Translations under genes and position numbers: made by a program
Assembly (NCBI RefSeq): GCF_004010195.1
Contig: NC_057719.1
Coordinates: forward strand, 19,477,562 to 19,541,561
From: Chiloscyllium plagiosum
Lineage: Eukaryota
DNA length: 64,000 nt
Reading direction: 5' to 3'
The notes under the pieces: generated by a model
Told to the model about the DNA's origin: nothing
Seen by the model: only the letters and a program-made list of their open reading frames with translations
Database searches by the model: none
Part shown: positions 61,566 to 64,000 of the stretch, piece after piece
Layout: each line of letters begins with the position of its first letter
Numbering within the stretch: the first letter of the stretch is position 1

Positions 61566-62309
61566 TAAATCTTGCCTTCACATGGAAATTCACTCGTGAC
61601 TTCAATAAAAGGTGCTTTGGCCTAAACCTGATTGAGGGGTTACAAGCCCGGAATTCCTGGAAGTATGGGACTGGGTTTGGGAGGTAACCACATGCTGAAG
61701 GACTTTGAAGAGGAATTGAAGGTTGGAGCTGGGATATAAATTTGTAAAGATGCTGGAGTGAAATGTTGGTTCCTTTGAGAGGGATGGTGATGGCAGGTTT
61801 CGAGGAGAGGGAGATGAGACCTGTAAACAGATTACTGTGAACAATATTGAGTGGCATGAGAGCCAGAAGGAGAAGGCAAGTGGTATTGCTTTGCGATTTT
61901 AAATGATGACCATGATTATGTGAATCTCTCGTGATGTCTATTTGTTTTATGTCTCTATAGAAATAATTCATTCCCTTGAAATTAATTATACAGTACTTAC
62001 ATCTCAAATCTATTGTGAACCAGCATGCATTCAACAATCTCACTTTAACTTTGTTTTCCAGAATAATAATTTAGTTATAAATCAGAAACAATTCACTCCA
62101 AGAAAGATGAGCTGAGCGGAGATAATATTGTATCTCTCTGGAAGTGAAGGCAAATTTACACACTGGAGCTGATTAGGAATTTGGAATATTTCAGTTGAAA
62201 ATCATTTATGGTATATTAATGGACTAGCTGTTTATGATTATAGCTTTGAAAATATTCTTTATTTTTTTCTAAATAATTAACTACGTTAATTCCAGTATTG
62301 TTAGTACCT

Positions 62310-62762
62310 CCCACTGTCAGCATCCCTGGGTATTACTATTGAATGGAAACTGAATCGCACTAGCCATACAAATATTCTGACTACAAGATCAGGTCAGAGG
62401 CTGGAAATCCTGCAGCACTCAAGAGTTTTGACAAGGCAGTACAAGGCAGCCCACTCGATTGACACCACAACCACAAAGTGTTTCACCCTCCACTAATGAT
62501 GTTCAGTAGCAGCAGTGTATGTCATCTTCATTATGCACTGAATAAACTCACCAAGGTTCCTTCCAAACATGTGGACACTATAATCTAAAAGGCAGCACCA
62601 AGATCCCCCTCAAGCTACTCACCATCCGGACTTGAACATAAGTCACTGTTCCCTCAGTGCCTCTTTGTTAAAATCCTGAAATTCATTCCTGATGATATTT
62701 TTTATCCCTCCACAAGTTGGACTGTGGCAATTCAAGAAGTTAGTTGACCATTACCTTGTCAA
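62310..62762 (+). mobile_element. YKAQVR-type LINE 3' fragment, degraded
   Basis: Colinear with 46530-47110, with internal deletions. Confidence 0.7.
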
Positions 62763-64000
62763 AATCATAATAGATTTTCAATAAATTCTGGTCCAACCAA
62801 CAACACTCCTGTCAGGGAGAGATGTCACAGAGGAGTCTTGAGTTTTGTGTTCTAAGATGAAATTTACGGTCCCTTCTCTAAATATTTCTACACTAACTTT
62901 TTTTTTAATGAGACAACATCTATTCAAATTCCATGAATAAGATTGAAACTCAATCACTTTCACAGCTCAAAAAGCTTGAATTCCTAATGTTTTACAAAAG
63001 AAATTCTCATTCCCCCCTTTACCTTATCATTCGTCTCTGTACTTCCTCCTTGGTCCTTTTCATTCAAATTCATTTGAGCTGTCTCCATCGTTATTATTTA
63101 GGTTTGCTTATTTAGATTGTGATGCTGTCATTGTCTATTTTCTTAAAGTCAAACTGGTGTCCTTTCGAGGTTATTTGTTTTGACCAGTTGTTGTTCAGTC
63201 CCCTTGCTGTCAGGATGGGGACTTTTCTCCACCATTTGGAGCCCTTCATTTAAGGGAATTCAGCCAAGTTTCCTAACGTTAAGTGTAGATTGCATTTCTT
63301 AATTTCTCAATACTCAATTACCTGAAGAGTCTTTATTATTGTGGGATCATATGTTTCTTCTAATTCTTGCTGAACTACAAACTTTGGGCTGTCTGTTCTC
63401 AGACATCTTATCAGACTGTCTATTACAAACATCTGCAGCTGTGGGTTTGTACAGAGTTCCCTATTTATTAACTTGTAAGATCCTTTGTTCAAAATAGACC
63501 CTGTTACCTTGGATTTATCTCCTTTTCAAAGCCAACATTGTGCTAACTTATGATCTCACTCTAATACTGATCCAAGTGAGCTAATCCTGTTATCGCAACT
63601 AAAGATCTCTGCCATATTTATGCCAATGGGCAACCATATCATACCACCTCTGACCTTGGGCTACCCCAATTTCCAGCATCTCACAAATGAATGAAATAAA
63701 ATTAGAGTCTTCATTTTCTATATTATTAGAATAATTGTAACTCAAAAGTGTTTCATCAGCTGTACAATTTGAGATTTCCTGAAATTGTGGAAGGAGCTAT
63801 AAATATGCAAAGCTATTCTTTTCTTCTGATGTACATTTTCTGTCTTTTTTTTATGCCGTAGCAGTTCTTTGTTATTTATTGATGAATTCTACAGTAGACC
63901 ACAGGAAGTTATGTTCAGGAAGTTACAATCACATGAGGGCCTCTATCGCCACCACAACACACCTGAGTTGATATCCATCTATGTACACCATCTCCACTTA

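Noticed and set aside
61420..62043. 207-aa - strand ORF
   Set aside because: Non-ATG start; runs through an antisense HE1 SINE and an old LINE fragment; no domain.
62062..62210. Exon-like segment after ttgttttccag
   Set aside because: All three frames stop early and the donor is weak.

Overview
Eukaryotic, AT-rich, repeat-dense DNA, most likely from a shark or ray, inferred from HE1-like SINEs, HER1/CR1 LINEs and Penelope-like elements (PLEs). No intact host gene is supported, and most ORF-track entries are transposon fragments or antisense shadows. The window holds: a decayed full-length Gypsy-type LTR retrotransposon (6359-13162, -) with nested insertions; a second decayed Gypsy remnant; many CR1, L2, RTE and other LINE fragments, including one CR1 5' part with an intact zinc-finger/leucine-zipper/SGNH-esterase ORF1; two tRNA-derived SINE families; solo LTRs; a ~1.8 kb fold-back element; and a 412-N gap. 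Three signals stand out. (1) A chain of + strand exon-like segments with splice sites, largely compatible phases, coiled-coil-like translations and disabling lesions suggests an unidentified multi-exon gene decaying in place. (2) At least four PLE-derived families carry minimal hammerhead-ribozyme motifs, often in palindromic mini-elements with 12-16 bp target-site duplications (TSDs). (3) One SINE shares both its middle body and its 3' tail with a LINE in the same window. All family names come from motif recognition by eye, not database searches, and boundaries of old repeats are approximate.
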